Assembly (NCBI RefSeq): GCF_049075655.1
Contig: NZ_CP157522.1
Span: 1,598,949 to 1,662,948, forward strand
DNA from: Methanothermococcus sp. Ax23
GTDB taxonomy: Archaea > AGJL01 > Methanococci > Methanococcales > Methanococcaceae
DNA length: 64,000 nt
Reading direction: 5' to 3'
The notes beneath the pieces are model-generated. The model saw only the letters and a list, made by a program, of their open reading frames with translations, had not been told where the DNA came from and ran no database searches. The translations under genes and the position numbers were made by a program. Numbering within the stretch: position 1 is the first letter of the stretch; every line of letters starts with the position of its first letter. Below, piece after piece: positions 43,038 to 55,204 of the stretch.

Positions 43038-45095
43038 GTGAAACCCGCAAGAATGAATAAAGTTAGAGCGGTGATATTAGATGAAAAGATGGATTCTATT
43101 ATAAGGAATCTCCATGAGAGCGGGTTAGTAGAGTTATATGATTTAACTCCAAAGCTCGAAAATCCTGAATGGGCTGCATTTCTATCGCAGTCATCACCTG
43201 CAAGATATAGTAGGGATGTTTCATCATTAATAATAAAAGTAGGCAGGTTTCTTGATTTATTCGACAGCGTGAAAGTTGAAGAGAAAAAAGGGTTATCAGC
43301 AATTTTAAATCCTGTAATCCCTGAAAAAAAGAAGGTTTCATTTTCATCAGCAGAGGAAGCAATATCCTATGCAGAAGGTATTCTAAACGATGTGGAAAAT
43401 GAAGTGCAAGGACCTTCTAACAGATTAACTGAATTAGAAAATAAAAAAAATAATTTGCAATTGTTAAAAAAGCAGTTAAAATGTTTGGTTGATTTTGATT
43501 TAGATTTGAAATATCTTGGGGAAGGCCCCTACACATACATAGTTTCAGGTTTGATTCCAAAAGAAAATCTACCTGAGCTCGAAAATAATCTATCAAATAT
43601 AACCAATGATTATGTTGAAATTGTTAAAGGTAAGTCTTTTAGCGGTGGAGATGAGGAAGAGAAAGTTCCTGTAATTATAGCTACACTAAAAGAATATATG
43701 GATACTGTTGGAGCAGAGTTAAGAAAATCTGGCTTTGAAAGATTCGACATATCCAATGTTGAAGGAACTCCAAAAGAGAACCTCGATAGAATTGAAAAAG
43801 AATTATCAGAATCTGAGAAGGAAATAAACTCTATTTTAGACAAATTAAATGCTATATCAAAAAAATGGTATGATGAATTACTTGTATTACATGAAATACT
43901 TGAAATCGAAAAAGAAAGAGCAGAAGCATACTCATACTGTGGTAAAACTGAAAGAACATATTTGTTAGAAGCATGGGTTCCTAAGAAATATGCAAACAAA
44001 ATAAAAGAAATTATTGAGAATGCATCAGAAGGTTATGCTGTTGTTGAGATAGCAGAACCTGATGAACCAGAGGAAAAAATCCCTGTGATGCTCGATAATC
44101 CAAAAGCTGTAAAGCCATTTGAAATGCTAACTGAGATGTTTGCACCACCAAAGTATAACGAAGTAGACCCAACAATGATGATTGTCCCAGGATTTTTAAT
44201 GTTCTATGGAATTATGCTCACAGATGCAGTTTATGGTTTTTTATTGGCACTTACAGGACTTGTTCTTTGGAAGAGGCTTGGTAAGGCAAGTGAAGGAGCA
44301 TACAATTTGGGGTATATATTAACATTAGCAGGAATTGCAACAGTTATTGCAGGTATATTTACTGGTGGATATTTAGGAGACTTTGCAAAGCAGTTCCTTG
44401 GGTTTGACATATACAGCACAGCATTTGCACTGGTGAATCCACTTGGGGACAGCCTGTATGTTGGGAGCTCTAATCCATTATTCAGCCTTGGGAACATATC
44501 AGTAAATAACGGTCCAATAGCAATATTGTTGTTCTCCATAGTTGTGGGAATCATCCACTTATTTATCGGATTGGCAGTTGGATTTAAAGAAAATCTTAAA
44601 AATGGATTTAAAAACGCATTCTTAGACCAAGGTATTTGGTTGTTCTTAATATTGGCATTAGTAATTGGTTTAGCAGTTGGAATGCCGTATATAATAGTAG
44701 GGGCAGTGCTTCTTGTAGTGCTTCTGTGTATGATTAAAGGGTACATGAATGGAGGAATACTTGACGCAGGTCTTGGTATGATGGATATTACAGGATTCTT
44801 AGGTAATGTTTTATCATATGCAAGGCTTTTGGCGTTATGTTTGGCTACTGGTGGTCTTGCAATGGCTGTAAATATCATGGCTAAATTACTTGGGGATAGT
44901 GTCCCAGTAGTTGGGATAATATTGGCTATTATAATGCTTTTATTAGGGCACACATTTAACTTTGTAATGAATGGACTTGGTGCCTTTATACACTCTCTTA
45001 GATTGCACTATGTAGAATTCTTTGGTCAGTTCTACGAAGGAGGAGGTAAAAAATTCAGTCCATTCAAAGCTAAAAGGGAATATACAATGCAATAA
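43038..45095 (+). CDS. atpI: A1AO ATP synthase subunit I (a)
   Basis: PKYNEVDPT, SYARLLAL and RLHYVEFF motifs; GTG start at 43038 inferred. Confidence 0.95.
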   Translation: MKPARMNKVRAVILDEKMDSIIRNLHESGLVELYDLTPKLENPEWAAFLSQSSPARYSRDVSSLIIKVGRFLDLFDSVKVEEKKGLSAILNPVIPEKKKVSFSSAEEAISYAEGILNDVENEVQGPSNRLTELENKKNNLQLLKKQLKCLVDFDLDLKYLGEGPYTYIVSGLIPKENLPELENNLSNITNDYVEIVKGKSFSGGDEEEKVPVIIATLKEYMDTVGAELRKSGFERFDISNVEGTPKENLDRIEKELSESEKEINSILDKLNAISKKWYDELLVLHEILEIEKERAEAYSYCGKTERTYLLEAWVPKKYANKIKEIIENASEGYAVVEIAEPDEPEEKIPVMLDNPKAVKPFEMLTEMFAPPKYNEVDPTMMIVPGFLMFYGIMLTDAVYGFLLALTGLVLWKRLGKASEGAYNLGYILTLAGIATVIAGIFTGGYLGDFAKQFLGFDIYSTAFALVNPLGDSLYVGSSNPLFSLGNISVNNGPIAILLFSIVVGIIHLFIGLAVGFKENLKNGFKNAFLDQGIWLFLILALVIGLAVGMPYIIVGAVLLVVLLCMIKGYMNGGILDAGLGMMDITGFLGNVLSYARLLALCLATGGLAMAVNIMAKLLGDSVPVVGIILAIIMLLLGHTFNFVMNGLGAFIHSLRLHYVEFFGQFYEGGGKKFSPFKAKREYTMQ

Positions 45096-45170
45096 TAAGC
45101 ATTTACTAAATAACTAATTAAAACTAATCATTACTAAAAGAAAAAAAGAAAAAAAGAAAAGGTGATAAGA

Positions 45171-45842
45171 ATGGTAGTATTTGAAAACCCATTATTACTT
45201 GGAGCCATTGGAGCAGGTTTAGCAGTAGGTATAGCAGGTTTAGGTTCTGGTATTGGTGCAGGTATTACAGGAGCAAGTGGTGCAGGAGTTGTTGCAGAAG
45301 ATGCATCAAAATTCGGTACTGCAATTGTATTCCAGGCATTGCCACAGACACAGGGTCTTTACGGATTCCTTGTAGCAATCCTTATATTGTTCGTGTTCAA
45401 AACAGCACCAGAATGGGCTATGCTTGGTGCAGGAGTTGCAACAGGTTTAGCAGGTTTATCAGCAATTGGTCAGGGTATAGCATCATCAGCAGGTCTTGGA
45501 GCTGTCGCAGAGGACGACGGAATATTTGGTAAAGCTATGGTTTTCTCAGTTCTTCCAGAAACACAGGCTATCTATGGTTTGTTAGTATCTATCCTTTTAT
45601 TAGTTGGTGTATTTAGTGGAGATGGTGTTGCTACAATAGCTGCTCTTGGTGCAGGTCTTGCAGTTGGTTTCGCTGGTCTTTCAGGTATCGGACAGGGTAT
45701 CACAGCAGCAGGTGCTATTGGAGCTACTGCAAGAGACCCAGATGCTATGGGTAAAGGTCTTGTTTTAGCAGTTATGCCAGAAACATTCGCTATATTCGGT
45801 TTATTGATAGCAATCTTAATTATGCTCGGAATTATGTTCTAA
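45171..45842 (+). CDS. atpK: A1AO ATP synthase subunit K (c), triplicated proteolipid
   Basis: Three hairpin repeats containing LPQTQ, LPETQ and MPETF. Confidence 0.95.
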   Translation: MVVFENPLLLGAIGAGLAVGIAGLGSGIGAGITGASGAGVVAEDASKFGTAIVFQALPQTQGLYGFLVAILILFVFKTAPEWAMLGAGVATGLAGLSAIGQGIASSAGLGAVAEDDGIFGKAMVFSVLPETQAIYGLLVSILLLVGVFSGDGVATIAALGAGLAVGFAGLSGIGQGITAAGAIGATARDPDAMGKGLVLAVMPETFAIFGLLIAILIMLGIMF

Positions 45843-45905
45843 TTCTATTAATTAAAAATTTTTAATTTTTTAAATATTATCTATTATTTATTAAGGTGGA
45901 AAAAC

Positions 45906-46517
45906 ATGGGAGCAGATAAAATAACTTCCAAAATATTAGATGATGCAAAAAAAACAGCAGATGAAATCAAATCAGAAGCCCAGAGGGAAGCTAATTCCAT
46001 TTTGGAGAAGGCAAAGAGCGAAGCAGAAATAAAGAAACAAAATATTCTCAAAAAGGGAGAAAAAGAAGCTGAAATGATAAAAAATAGGATAATTGCAGAA
46101 GCAAGACTAGGTGCTAAGAAAAAGATGCTCGAAGAAAGAGAAAATCTAATTAATATGGCTATTGAGAAATTAGAAGAAGATTTGATAAAATTACCTCAAA
46201 AAGATAATTATAAGGATGTGTTATTAAAGCTCATAATAGAAGGAGTAATCTCAGTTGGTGGAGGAGAATTGATTTTAGAATTAAATGAAAAAGACCTTAA
46301 ATTAATTGACGATTCAACATTATGGGCTATTGAAAAAGAAATGGAAGATAGATTAAAAAAATCCACAATATTGAAAAAAGGAACTCCTGCAAATATAATA
46401 GGTGGATGTATAGTAAAAACAGCCGACAGTTTGAAGGTTTGTGATAACAGTTTAGAGTCAGTATTTGAAAGAAACTTAGAATCCATAAGAGCAAAGGTTG
46501 CAGAATTGTTATTCTAA
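45906..46517 (+). CDS. atpE: A1AO ATP synthase subunit E
   Basis: [11 protein letters not shown] start and IGG..DNS motif; operon position. Confidence 0.93.
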   Translation: MGADKITSKILDDAKKTADEIKSEAQREANSILEKAKSEAEIKKQNILKKGEKEAEMIKNRIIAEARLGAKKKMLEERENLINMAIEKLEEDLIKLPQKDNYKDVLLKLIIEGVISVGGGELILELNEKDLKLIDDSTLWAIEKEMEDRLKKSTILKKGTPANIIGGCIVKTADSLKVCDNSLESVFERNLESIRAKVAELLF

Positions 46518-46561
46518 GGAGGTGATTGAATAATTTATTTATAACTTAAAGGTGATTCTAA

Positions 46562-47716
46562 ATGGATATAAGTCAAATAATTGCTGGATTACCTTCCAAT
46601 ATATTTATAATATTGATGGTATTGGCAGGTATTGCAATATTTTTGGTAATAATTATATTTTTAATAAAGTATTTAATGGAAAATGCCCCATTTGCTTATG
46701 TTAATGCAAGAGTAAGAAGCATGGAATCTAGATTATTGGATGAACATAAGTTAAATGAATTAATAGAATCAGCTGGAATGACTGAGTTCATAGGATTGTT
46801 GGAAGATACTGAATATGGTCCATATATTTCAGATGCATCCAATGATGCCATGGGTATTGAAAAGGCATTGAACACACACTTAGCACATGTTTATCAAACA
46901 CTATCAGAGATTTCCCCGAGCAAATCAAGAAAAATATTAAAATTATTCGAAAAGAGATTTGATGTTCAAAATATCAAAACACTTCTAAGAGCAAAATATG
47001 TTGGATTGGATGCAGAAGAAACTTTTAAATTAATTATTCCACTAGGCACAATACCAGAAAACAAATTAAGAGAATTGTGCGAAACAAAAGCTATTGAAGA
47101 AGTTGTAAATGGTTTGGAAGGCACAGAATATTCAAAAATATTATCAAATGAACTTGCAACCTATGAACAAACTGGTAAATTAATCTCATTTGAACTGGCA
47201 TTAGATAAATACATCCTTGAAAATCTCTGGAAATCGGTGGGCATAGAAGGTACCAATGAAGACATATTTAAGGAATTTGTCGGAGCAATAATTGATATCG
47301 AAAACTTAAAAGTGATTTTGAGAGGAAAAGCAGATGGATTATCCTCAGAGAATATTTTAAATTACATACTAAATGTAGGATATGAGCTCGCACCATGGAA
47401 GTTGAAGGAGCTCGCTGAATCTGAATCCATCGAAGGAGTAATAAGTTCGTTGGAAGGCACTAAATACGGCACTATAATCTCAGAAAACCTTGAAGAATAT
47501 GATAAAACCAAAAGTGTATATGTGTTTGAAAAGGCTCTTGATAAATACCTTGCAAAGATTGGAAAGAATTTATCACTTAGACAGCCATTTGGTGTTGGAC
47601 CAGTAATTGGATTAATTACTTCAAAAGAACAAGAAATAAAGAATTTAAAGATAATTATAAAAGGAAAGATAGAAGGATTGCCATCAAACCAAATAAGAGA
47701 ATTGCTTACGGCGTAA
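46562..47716 (+). CDS. atpC: A1AO ATP synthase subunit C
   Basis: AYVNARVRSMESRLL and EIKNLKII motifs. Confidence 0.93.
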   Translation: MDISQIIAGLPSNIFIILMVLAGIAIFLVIIIFLIKYLMENAPFAYVNARVRSMESRLLDEHKLNELIESAGMTEFIGLLEDTEYGPYISDASNDAMGIEKALNTHLAHVYQTLSEISPSKSRKILKLFEKRFDVQNIKTLLRAKYVGLDAEETFKLIIPLGTIPENKLRELCETKAIEEVVNGLEGTEYSKILSNELATYEQTGKLISFELALDKYILENLWKSVGIEGTNEDIFKEFVGAIIDIENLKVILRGKADGLSSENILNYILNVGYELAPWKLKELAESESIEGVISSLEGTKYGTIISENLEEYDKTKSVYVFEKALDKYLAKIGKNLSLRQPFGVGPVIGLITSKEQEIKNLKIIIKGKIEGLPSNQIRELLTA

Positions 47717-47749
47717 TTCTATAATTTATAAAAAGATTAAAGGGATATT

Positions 47750-48049
47750 ATGAAAATAGGTGTGGTTGGAGACCTCGATATGACTATGGGATTTAGGCTT
47801 GCTGGTCTCGTAGATGTATATGAGGTTAAAAATACAGATGAGGCATTAAATGCCATTGAGGAACTTGACAGCAGAGAGGATATTGGATTAATTATAATTC
47901 CTGAGAAACTTGGTGAATCTATAAGAGATAAACTCTCTAAATTAAATAAGTTTGTTGTAGAAATTCCAGACAAAAATGGACCAATAGTTAGGGAGCATGA
48001 CCCAGTTAAAGTCCTCGTAAGAAAAGCTGTGGGTATTGAACTTAAATAA
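47750..48049 (+). CDS. atpF: A1AO ATP synthase subunit F
   Basis: [17 protein letters not shown] and RKAVG motifs. Confidence 0.95.
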   Translation: MKIGVVGDLDMTMGFRLAGLVDVYEVKNTDEALNAIEELDSREDIGLIIIPEKLGESIRDKLSKLNKFVVEIPDKNGPIVREHDPVKVLVRKAVGIELK

Positions 48050-48101
48050 CATTAAAATTAGATACTTAAAAAATATATATATGGATATTGAGGTGAAAAG
48101 T

Positions 48102-49862
48102 ATGGTATCAGGCAAAATTGTGAAAATAGCAGGTCCTGTTGTTGTAGCCGACGGTATGAAAGGCGCCCAAATGTATGAAGTTGTTAAAGTAGGTGAAGAA
48201 GGATTAACAGGAGAGATTATTCAGTTACAAAATGATAAGGCAGTTATCCAGGTTTATGAAGAAACCGCAGGTATAAAACCAGGGGAACCAGTTGAAGGTA
48301 CAGGAGCTCCGTTGTCAGCTGAGCTCGGACCTGGTATGTTAAAGGCTATGTACGATGGTATCCAAAGACCATTGACGGCAATCGAATCCGAAACAGGCGA
48401 CATATTTATACCAAGAGGGGTTAGTGTTCCTTCATTACCAAGGGATATAAAATGGGATTTCACACCAACTGTAAATGTTGGAGATTATGTTGAAGAAGGA
48501 GATATTATAGGGACAGTTCCAGAAACAAAATCCATTGTTCATAGAATATTAGTTCCTGTTGGAGTAAAGGGAAAAATCAAAGAAATAAAATCAGGAAGTT
48601 TCACCGTTGAAGAAACTGTTGCAGTTGTTGAAACAGAAAATGGGGAAGAAAAAGAAATTATGATGATGCAAAAATGGCCTGTAAGAAAGCCAAGACCATA
48701 CAAAGAAAAATTACCGCCAGTAATTCCATTAATCACAGGTCAGAGAGTTGAAGATACATTCTTCGGTCTTGCAAAAGGTGGTGCATCAGCAATTCCAGGT
48801 CCATTCGGAAGTGGTAAAACAGTTACACAGCACCAGTTGGCAAAATGGGCAGATGCCGATGTTGTGGTATATATCGGATGTGGGGAAAGAGGAAACGAGA
48901 TGACCGAGGTAATTGAAGAATTCCCACACTTAGATGACATTAAAACAGGAAACAAATTGATGGACAGAACAGTTTTAATTGCAAACACATCAAACATGCC
49001 GGTTGCAGCAAGGGAAGCATCAGTTTATACTGGAATTACGATTGCAGAATATTTCAGAGATATGGGATACGGTGTTCTCTTAACAGCTGACTCCACATCA
49101 AGATGGGCAGAGGCAATGAGGGAGATTTCAGGAAGATTGGAAGAAATGCCTGGGGAAGAAGGTTATCCAGCATACCTTGCTTCAAGATTGGCACAGTTCT
49201 ACGAAAGAGCAGGAAGAGTCGAATGTTTAGGTAAGGAAGAAAAACAAGGATTTATATGTATCGTTGGTGCTGTTTCACCGCCAGGTGGGGACTTCTCAGA
49301 ACCTGTTACATCAAACACATTGAGGATTGTTAAGGTATTCTGGGCATTGGATGCAAACCTTGCAAGAAGAAGACACTTCCCTGCTATTAACTGGTTGCAG
49401 AGTTACTCACTCTACTTGGATGACATTGCAGACTGGTGGAAACAAAACACAGGAGCTGACTGGAGAGAATTAAGAGACGAAGCTATGAACTTATTGCAGA
49501 AGGAAGCAGAATTGCAAGAAATCGTTCAGTTAGTTGGTCCTGATGCACTCCCAGATAGAGAAAGAGTTATCTTAGAAGTTGCAAGAATGCTTAGGGAGGA
49601 TTTCTTACAACAGGATGCATTCAGTGAAATAGACAGTTACTGTTCTCCAATGAAACAATACACCATGTTGAAAGTAATCATGACATTCTATAAGAAAGCA
49701 TTAGATGCAGTTGCAAAAGGAGCAGACCCAGCAGAAATTTCAAAAGTTTCTGTTAAAGGAGATATAGCTAAAATGAAATATGTTCCAGAAAATGAATTCT
49801 TAAATAAGAATGCTCCAGAGATTATAAATAAAATAGATAAAGAATTAAACGCATTATTGTAA
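48102..49862 (+). CDS. atpA: A1AO ATP synthase subunit A (no intein)
   Basis: [16 protein letters not shown] and DSTSRWAEA motifs; ATG 48102 after gaggtga RBS. Confidence 0.97.
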   Translation: MVSGKIVKIAGPVVVADGMKGAQMYEVVKVGEEGLTGEIIQLQNDKAVIQVYEETAGIKPGEPVEGTGAPLSAELGPGMLKAMYDGIQRPLTAIESETGDIFIPRGVSVPSLPRDIKWDFTPTVNVGDYVEEGDIIGTVPETKSIVHRILVPVGVKGKIKEIKSGSFTVEETVAVVETENGEEKEIMMMQKWPVRKPRPYKEKLPPVIPLITGQRVEDTFFGLAKGGASAIPGPFGSGKTVTQHQLAKWADADVVVYIGCGERGNEMTEVIEEFPHLDDIKTGNKLMDRTVLIANTSNMPVAAREASVYTGITIAEYFRDMGYGVLLTADSTSRWAEAMREISGRLEEMPGEEGYPAYLASRLAQFYERAGRVECLGKEEKQGFICIVGAVSPPGGDFSEPVTSNTLRIVKVFWALDANLARRRHFPAINWLQSYSLYLDDIADWWKQNTGADWRELRDEAMNLLQKEAELQEIVQLVGPDALPDRERVILEVARMLREDFLQQDAFSEIDSYCSPMKQYTMLKVIMTFYKKALDAVAKGADPAEISKVSVKGDIAKMKYVPENEFLNKNAPEIINKIDKELNALL

Positions 49863-49966
49863 ATACCCCCAATAAATTATAATTTATATTAATTTATCTT
49901 TAATTTATTTAATTTTAATATTTTTAATACCTATACCTATATGACAAAAATAAAGGAGGGTTATAT

Positions 49967-51355
49967 ATGGATGCTTTGGAAAAAAACATAGAATATACAT
50001 CAGTATCAAGTGTTGCCGGTCCATTGATAGTAGTAGAAGGAATTAAAGGAGTAGCTTACGGAGAAATCGTAAATATCACATGTCCAGATGGAGAAAAAAG
50101 AACAGGACAGGTTTTAGAAGCAAGGGAAGATGTTGCAGTTGTTCAGGTTTTCGAAGGGACAACAGCATTGAACACAAATGAAACAAAAGTAAGATTTACA
50201 GGAGAAACTGCAAAAATCGGAGTATCTCCTGAAATGCTTGGTAGAATATTCAACGGTGCTGGAAAACCACTTGACGGCGGTCCTGAAATTATACCTGAGA
50301 AAAAACTCGATATTAACGGATACCCATTAAACCCAGTTTCAAGAAAAAGCCCAAATGACTTCGTTCAGACAGGTATCTCCACAATAGACGGAACAAACAC
50401 ACTTGTTAGAGGTCAGAAATTACCTATATTCTCAGGTTCAGGTCTTCCACACAACCTCTTAGCAGCACAGATTGCAAGACAGGCTAAGGTTAAAGGAGAA
50501 GGGGAACAGTTTGCGGTAGTATTCGCAGCTATGGGTATTACAGCAGAGGAAGCAAACTACTTCATGGAAGAATTCAAAAGAACCGGAGCTCTTGAAAAAG
50601 CAGTAGTTTATATTAACCTTGCAGATGACCCAGCTATCGAAAGAATCCTTACACCAAGAATTGCATTAACAACAGCAGAATACCTTGCTTATGAAAAGGG
50701 AATGCACGTTTTAGTTATCTTAACAGATATTACAAACTACTGTGAAGCTTTAAGGGAAATTGCAGCAGCAAGAAACGAGGTTCCAGGAAGAAGAGGTTAC
50801 CCTGGTTACATGTATACTGACCTTGCTACACTCTACGAAAGAGCAGGAAGGGTTAAAGGTAGAGAAGGAACAGTTACACAGATACCTATCTTAACAATGC
50901 CACACGACGACATTACCCACCCAATCCCTGACTTGACAGGATATATTACAGAAGGTCAGATAGTTCTTTCAAGAGAGCTCAACAGAAAAGGTATATACCC
51001 ACCAGTTGATGTTCTTCCATCACTTTCAAGATTGGCAGGAAACGGACAGGGAGAAGGTAAAACAAGAGATGACCATTCAAAAGTTATAAGCCAGGTATAT
51101 GCAGCTTATGCAGAAGGTAGAGGTTTAAGAGACCTTGTTGCTGTTGTTGGGGAAGAAGCTCTTACAGAAAGAGATAGGGCATACTTAAAACTTGCAGATG
51201 AATTTGAAAAGAGATTCGTTCAGCAAGGAAAAGATGAAGACAGAAGTATTGAAGAAACATTAGACATAGTCTGGGAATTATTAACAATACTCCCAAGAGA
51301 AGAATTGAAGAGAGTTCCAGAAGATTTAATTGAAAAATACCTTCCAAAAAAATAA
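49967..51355 (+). CDS. atpB: A1AO ATP synthase subunit B
   Basis: [15 protein letters not shown] and [13 protein letters not shown] motifs. Confidence 0.97.
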   Translation: MDALEKNIEYTSVSSVAGPLIVVEGIKGVAYGEIVNITCPDGEKRTGQVLEAREDVAVVQVFEGTTALNTNETKVRFTGETAKIGVSPEMLGRIFNGAGKPLDGGPEIIPEKKLDINGYPLNPVSRKSPNDFVQTGISTIDGTNTLVRGQKLPIFSGSGLPHNLLAAQIARQAKVKGEGEQFAVVFAAMGITAEEANYFMEEFKRTGALEKAVVYINLADDPAIERILTPRIALTTAEYLAYEKGMHVLVILTDITNYCEALREIAAARNEVPGRRGYPGYMYTDLATLYERAGRVKGREGTVTQIPILTMPHDDITHPIPDLTGYITEGQIVLSRELNRKGIYPPVDVLPSLSRLAGNGQGEGKTRDDHSKVISQVYAAYAEGRGLRDLVAVVGEEALTERDRAYLKLADEFEKRFVQQGKDEDRSIEETLDIVWELLTILPREELKRVPEDLIEKYLPKK

Positions 51356-51438
51356 TAACATAATATAAAAACATAAACTATTGTCCTAACTTTTTAATTT
51401 TTTTATTTTTAACTATAATTTCACTTTTGAGGGATAAA

Positions 51439-52080
51439 ATGGCAGATGTTAATCCTACAAGGATGGAACTGTTAAAGCTTAAAACCAAAATTAAACTTGC
51501 TCAAAAAGGGCATAAGCTATTAAAACAGAAAAGAGACGCTCTTATAATGGAGTTTTTTGAGATATTAGACCAGGCATCAGGTATTAGGGACAAGGTAAAT
51601 AATGCCCTTGAAAAAGCATACAAGAACTTAATAATGGCACAGGCAGTAATGGGGACTCTGGCAGTTAAAGAGGCTTCCTTTGCATCAAAAAATGAGAACA
51701 TTAAATTAGATGCAGATACAAGAAACATTATGGGTGTTACAGTTCCTGTTCTCGAAATCGAAAATGTTAAAAGAAGTATGGCAGATAGAGGATATGGTCC
51801 TTATGGAATATCTTCAAAACTTGATGAAGCTGCAAAAGAATTTGAAGAAGCATTGGAACTTATTGTAGAGCTCGCAGAGATAGAAACTTCCATAAAATTA
51901 CTTGCAGAAGAAATAATTACAACAAAAAGAAGAGTAAATGCTCTTGAATATGTTGTAATACCAAGAATGGAAGAAACACGAAAATATATTGCCATGAGAT
52001 TGGATGAAATGGAAAGGGAGAACTTCTTCAGATTGAAGTTAATTAAGGCTAGAATTGATGCTAGGGAAGAAGAAGCCTAA
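51439..52080 (+). CDS. atpD: A1AO ATP synthase subunit D
   Basis: [18 protein letters not shown] and TKRRVNALE motifs. Confidence 0.96.
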   Translation: MADVNPTRMELLKLKTKIKLAQKGHKLLKQKRDALIMEFFEILDQASGIRDKVNNALEKAYKNLIMAQAVMGTLAVKEASFASKNENIKLDADTRNIMGVTVPVLEIENVKRSMADRGYGPYGISSKLDEAAKEFEEALELIVELAEIETSIKLLAEEIITTKRRVNALEYVVIPRMEETRKYIAMRLDEMERENFFRLKLIKARIDAREEEA

Positions 52081-52150
52081 TAGGTTCCAATCGACACGAG
52101 CGATAGCGAGTGGAGATTGGACTTTTGATACAACTTTTTCTAAAAGTTGC
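52081..52150 (+). repeat. Double-hairpin element, copy B, flanked by a 57-66 bp duplication of the atpD 3' end
   Basis: taggtTCCAATC-ga-CAC-gagcgatagcga-GTG-ga-GATTGGA cttttgata CAACTTTT-tct-AAAAGTTG; 52024-52080 matches 52160-52216 at 55 of 57 positions. Confidence 0.92.
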
Positions 52151-52283
52151 AGGGGGAGTTTCTTCAGATTGAAGTTAATTAAGGCTAGAATTGATGCTAG
52201 GGAAGAAGAGGCTTAATTAAAATTTAAGTTCTAAAAGAACTAATATTTATATTATAACTTTTTATAAACCTTTTGGTGGTTTT

Positions 52284-52655
52284 ATGTTCAAAATTATAGG
52301 AAGAATTGGCGATATTGAAGAAGCATTAAGGGAAAAGAAATACCCTGGAAAAATTAAATTGGAAGTTCAAGGTAAAAGAGAACCTATCATCGCAGACGAG
52401 GATGTAGAATTTAAGGCAGGGGAAATCAAAACTATAAAAATAAAAAAGATAGAGCTTCATCCATATACAATTTCATTTATTGACGCCTATGCAAAACATA
52501 GTGTGGGAACGACTTTATCTATTGGAGAAGATATCCCAATGCCATTTGATTCAGAAAGAGTTGCAGAATATGCAATATTCGCAGCTATAAAAGATGGAAT
52601 CGTTAAAAAAGGAGATATTATAGGTAGCATAATGATGTTACATGGGGAACAGTAA
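52284..52655 (+). CDS. DUF22-family protein
   Basis: PIIADED, YAKHSVG and GIVKKGDIIG motifs typical of this methanogen family. Confidence 0.7.
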   Translation: MFKIIGRIGDIEEALREKKYPGKIKLEVQGKREPIIADEDVEFKAGEIKTIKIKKIELHPYTISFIDAYAKHSVGTTLSIGEDIPMPFDSERVAEYAIFAAIKDGIVKKGDIIGSIMMLHGEQ

Positions 52656-52820
52656 ATAAGCATTTTGTATTACATTATTATTTTTATATATTAAGTTAGA
52701 TATTATTTAATATTATATTATATTTAAATATTTTATATTATAACTATAATTTTTTTAGAACATTTTTTATAAACCTGTTTTATATATTAAAATTTACAAT
52801 AATAAATTAATTGTGATAAT

Positions 52821-53216
52821 ATGAACGATAAAACCATTTACAAATTTTTACATGGTCTAAACACAAATTTTAAGAGAAAAACATTAAAAGAATTGCTAAA
52901 TGAAGAAAAGCCCCACGTGATTATAAATGGAAAACGACACAGGATAAAAAAAAGAGAACTAGATTTATTAAAAGAATTAAATGTTGATGAGAATTTAAAA
53001 ATACCGATAGTTTTGGAAATTGATGCTTCTCTGGAATGTGGAACTGTAAAAATAGAAGGGAATGAAGAGGTAAAAGTAGTTTCCAAGATATTAGGTAAAG
53101 AAATAAACATCTTTAACGAAGAGAGAATAATTTACATATATAAACCAGAGCTCCGAATTTTAAGAAGGGAGCTCCCCACAACTACAACATATTTATTTAG
53201 AATGAGCTCCTGCTGA
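52821..53216 (+). CDS. DUF61 (UPF0216) family protein
   Basis: RKTLKELL and LRRELPTTT motifs. Confidence 0.8.
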   Translation: MNDKTIYKFLHGLNTNFKRKTLKELLNEEKPHVIINGKRHRIKKRELDLLKELNVDENLKIPIVLEIDASLECGTVKIEGNEEVKVVSKILGKEINIFNEERIIYIYKPELRILRRELPTTTTYLFRMSSC

Positions 53217-53414
53217 GTGGATATGATGAACAGAATACGAAAGAAAAAATACCGCGGTATTGACCCGTTTAAAAAAATGATGAATGACCAAAAAAATGTG
53301 GAAAAATTATATAAAATATATTACATAATAAATATATGGGTTTGGTTTGCCATGTTGTTAGGTTCCATAATTTTTATAATATGGGCAGTTAAATATTTAG
53401 GTTCAATTAATTAA
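53217..53414 (+). CDS. Small membrane protein, function unknown
   Basis: 65-aa ORF abutting the upstream gene, with one C-terminal TM helix. Confidence 0.55.
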   Translation: MDMMNRIRKKKYRGIDPFKKMMNDQKNVEKLYKIYYIINIWVWFAMLLGSIIFIIWAVKYLGSIN

Positions 53415-53449
53415 ATACCATGAATAAATAGAATATTGTAATTGCAAAA

Positions 53450-53734
53450 ATGAGGGATTCTATGAATGAATATGTTTTATATTTCACAATGTTCGCCCTA
53501 TTGGTGGGTGCATTATCGTCATTAAAATTATGCTTCCACAAAAATACGTCAAATGTGTTAATAGGGGAAGGATTGATGGCCATCATAGTGGCTACTTTCT
53601 TGGTAGTTCTTTCAACAGGGTTTGGTGTATCCTTTGGAGAAACTGTGGCACTATTTATACTTGTAGCGGGACCTGTGGGGACAATAGCATTTTCAAAAGT
53701 CATGAAAAGGAACAAAGTTGAAAATATGGAGTAA
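53450..53734 (+). CDS. MrpF-like 3-TM subunit, probably energy-converting hydrogenase B subunit EhbB
   Basis: Three TM helices ending GPVGTIAFSK; ehb genes are dispersed in Methanococcales. Confidence 0.6.
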   Translation: MRDSMNEYVLYFTMFALLVGALSSLKLCFHKNTSNVLIGEGLMAIIVATFLVVLSTGFGVSFGETVALFILVAGPVGTIAFSKVMKRNKVENME

Positions 53735-53757
53735 ATGTAAATAACTATGAAATTAAA

Positions 53758-54447
53758 TTATTTTCCCTTAAAAACACACATTAATGTATTTGCCTCCTTT
53801 CCACTAATAAATGCTCTGCTTATTATTCTTTTAAATATTGTTTTGCACAATTCTTTTCTATACTCTGGAATATATTTATTTTTATCCACAAATTCATTGA
53901 AAATATTTAATAAAACATCCTTTTCAAGCTTAGACGCTTCTCTCATATTTACATTGTAAGGAGTTTCCAGAGATGAAACATACAATTCATAAAGTATAAC
54001 AGAAACTGCATGAGATAGATTCATTATCGGATATTCTTTTGATGTGGGTATGGATACAAACAAATCACACAATTCAAGCTCTTTATTGCTTAATCCATCA
54101 TCTTCCCTTCCAAAGACAATACCCATTGTTCCATTTAGTGTTTTATGTTTCTCCGCGAGCTCCCGTGGTGTGATAGGAACTCTTTTTATATTTCTATCAC
54201 CGGAAATTGCACCAGAAGTCCCAACTACAAAGTCAATGTCTTTTATAGCATCTTCTAAATTGTTATAAAATTTTGCATTATTCAGAACTTCCTTTGCATG
54301 GACTGCCCTTATATATGCTTCATCATTTAATATACTCCTATCTCCAACAATCCTCAATTCATTTACTCCAAAATTCATCATATTTCTCGCAATTGCTCCA
54401 ACATTTCCACTGTATTTTGGATTTACTAAAATAACTACTGCCTTCAT
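53758..54447 (-). CDS. trmJ: tRNA methyltransferase TrmJ (SPOUT)
   Basis: GNVGAIARNMMNFG, FGREDDGL and YPIMNLSHAV motifs. Confidence 0.92.
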   Translation of the reverse strand: MKAVVILVNPKYSGNVGAIARNMMNFGVNELRIVGDRSILNDEAYIRAVHAKEVLNNAKFYNNLEDAIKDIDFVVGTSGAISGDRNIKRVPITPRELAEKHKTLNGTMGIVFGREDDGLSNKELELCDLFVSIPTSKEYPIMNLSHAVSVILYELYVSSLETPYNVNMREASKLEKDVLLNIFNEFVDKNKYIPEYRKELCKTIFKRIISRAFISGKEANTLMCVFKGK

Positions 54448-54478
54448 CTCATCATCACTTTTTACTTCTTTTATTTTA

Positions 54479-55204
54479 TTAAATTACAGCCAAATATAAC
54501 GCTATTGCACATAAACTGCCCACAAGAGTGCATGTGAAATTGACATGTTCGTTGTTGAATATTCCTCTTCTTTCAAGCAGAGCTCCGAAAAGGCTATCGG
54601 ATAAATTTCCAAGTATTCCCGAGATTGTTCCTATCCATATTAAATTATAGTTATTAAATAATATACTCGATAATATTCCTATTAAAAATGCTCCAACAAT
54701 TCCCGCAAATGTTCCATATAATGATACTCCACCGTCTGTCCCTTTTTCAACCTTTTCCAATGTTGTTATTAATCTTGGTGTTTCATTTGAGAGAACCCCT
54801 AATTCTGATGAAAATGTATCTGATGTAGCTGCTGAGATTGAGCCAATATATCCAAATAATGCAATGCTATAATCTATAATTCCAAATATATAAAGCAATA
54901 CAATTATAACTGCCAGAGCTCCGTTTGCAAGCACATTTTTTATTGTTCTTTTGCATTCACTTATGCCCATGCGATTTTTTTTAGAATAACCCACTTTACT
55001 CACTAGACTTCCAAAAACTAAAAAACATACCATTATAATTAACCAATTTAGGTTTGTTCCCATGAGTATTATAAAAGCCATTGCAGAGGAACACAATATC
55101 CCACAATTATCTAAAAATCCCTTTTTCTTTATAGCATATGCCAATACCAATACTATGATTAAGGAAGAAACAAATTTTACATAAATGTCCATTTTTTCCA
55201 CCAA
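54479..55204 (-). CDS. DUF92/TMEM19-family membrane protein
   Basis: NVLANG, DTFSSELG, GTDGGVS and DSLFGA motifs. Confidence 0.88.
   Translation of the reverse strand: MVEKMDIYVKFVSSLIIVLVLAYAIKKKGFLDNCGILCSSAMAFIILMGTNLNWLIIMVCFLVFGSLVSKVGYSKKNRMGISECKRTIKNVLANGALAVIIVLLYIFGIIDYSIALFGYIGSISAATSDTFSSELGVLSNETPRLITTLEKVEKGTDGGVSLYGTFAGIVGAFLIGILSSILFNNYNLIWIGTISGILGNLSDSLFGALLERRGIFNNEHVNFTCTLVGSLCAIALYLAVI

Noticed and set aside
48102-49862. Intein in AtpA
   Set aside because: Normal length (586 aa) and an uninterrupted GSGKT motif.
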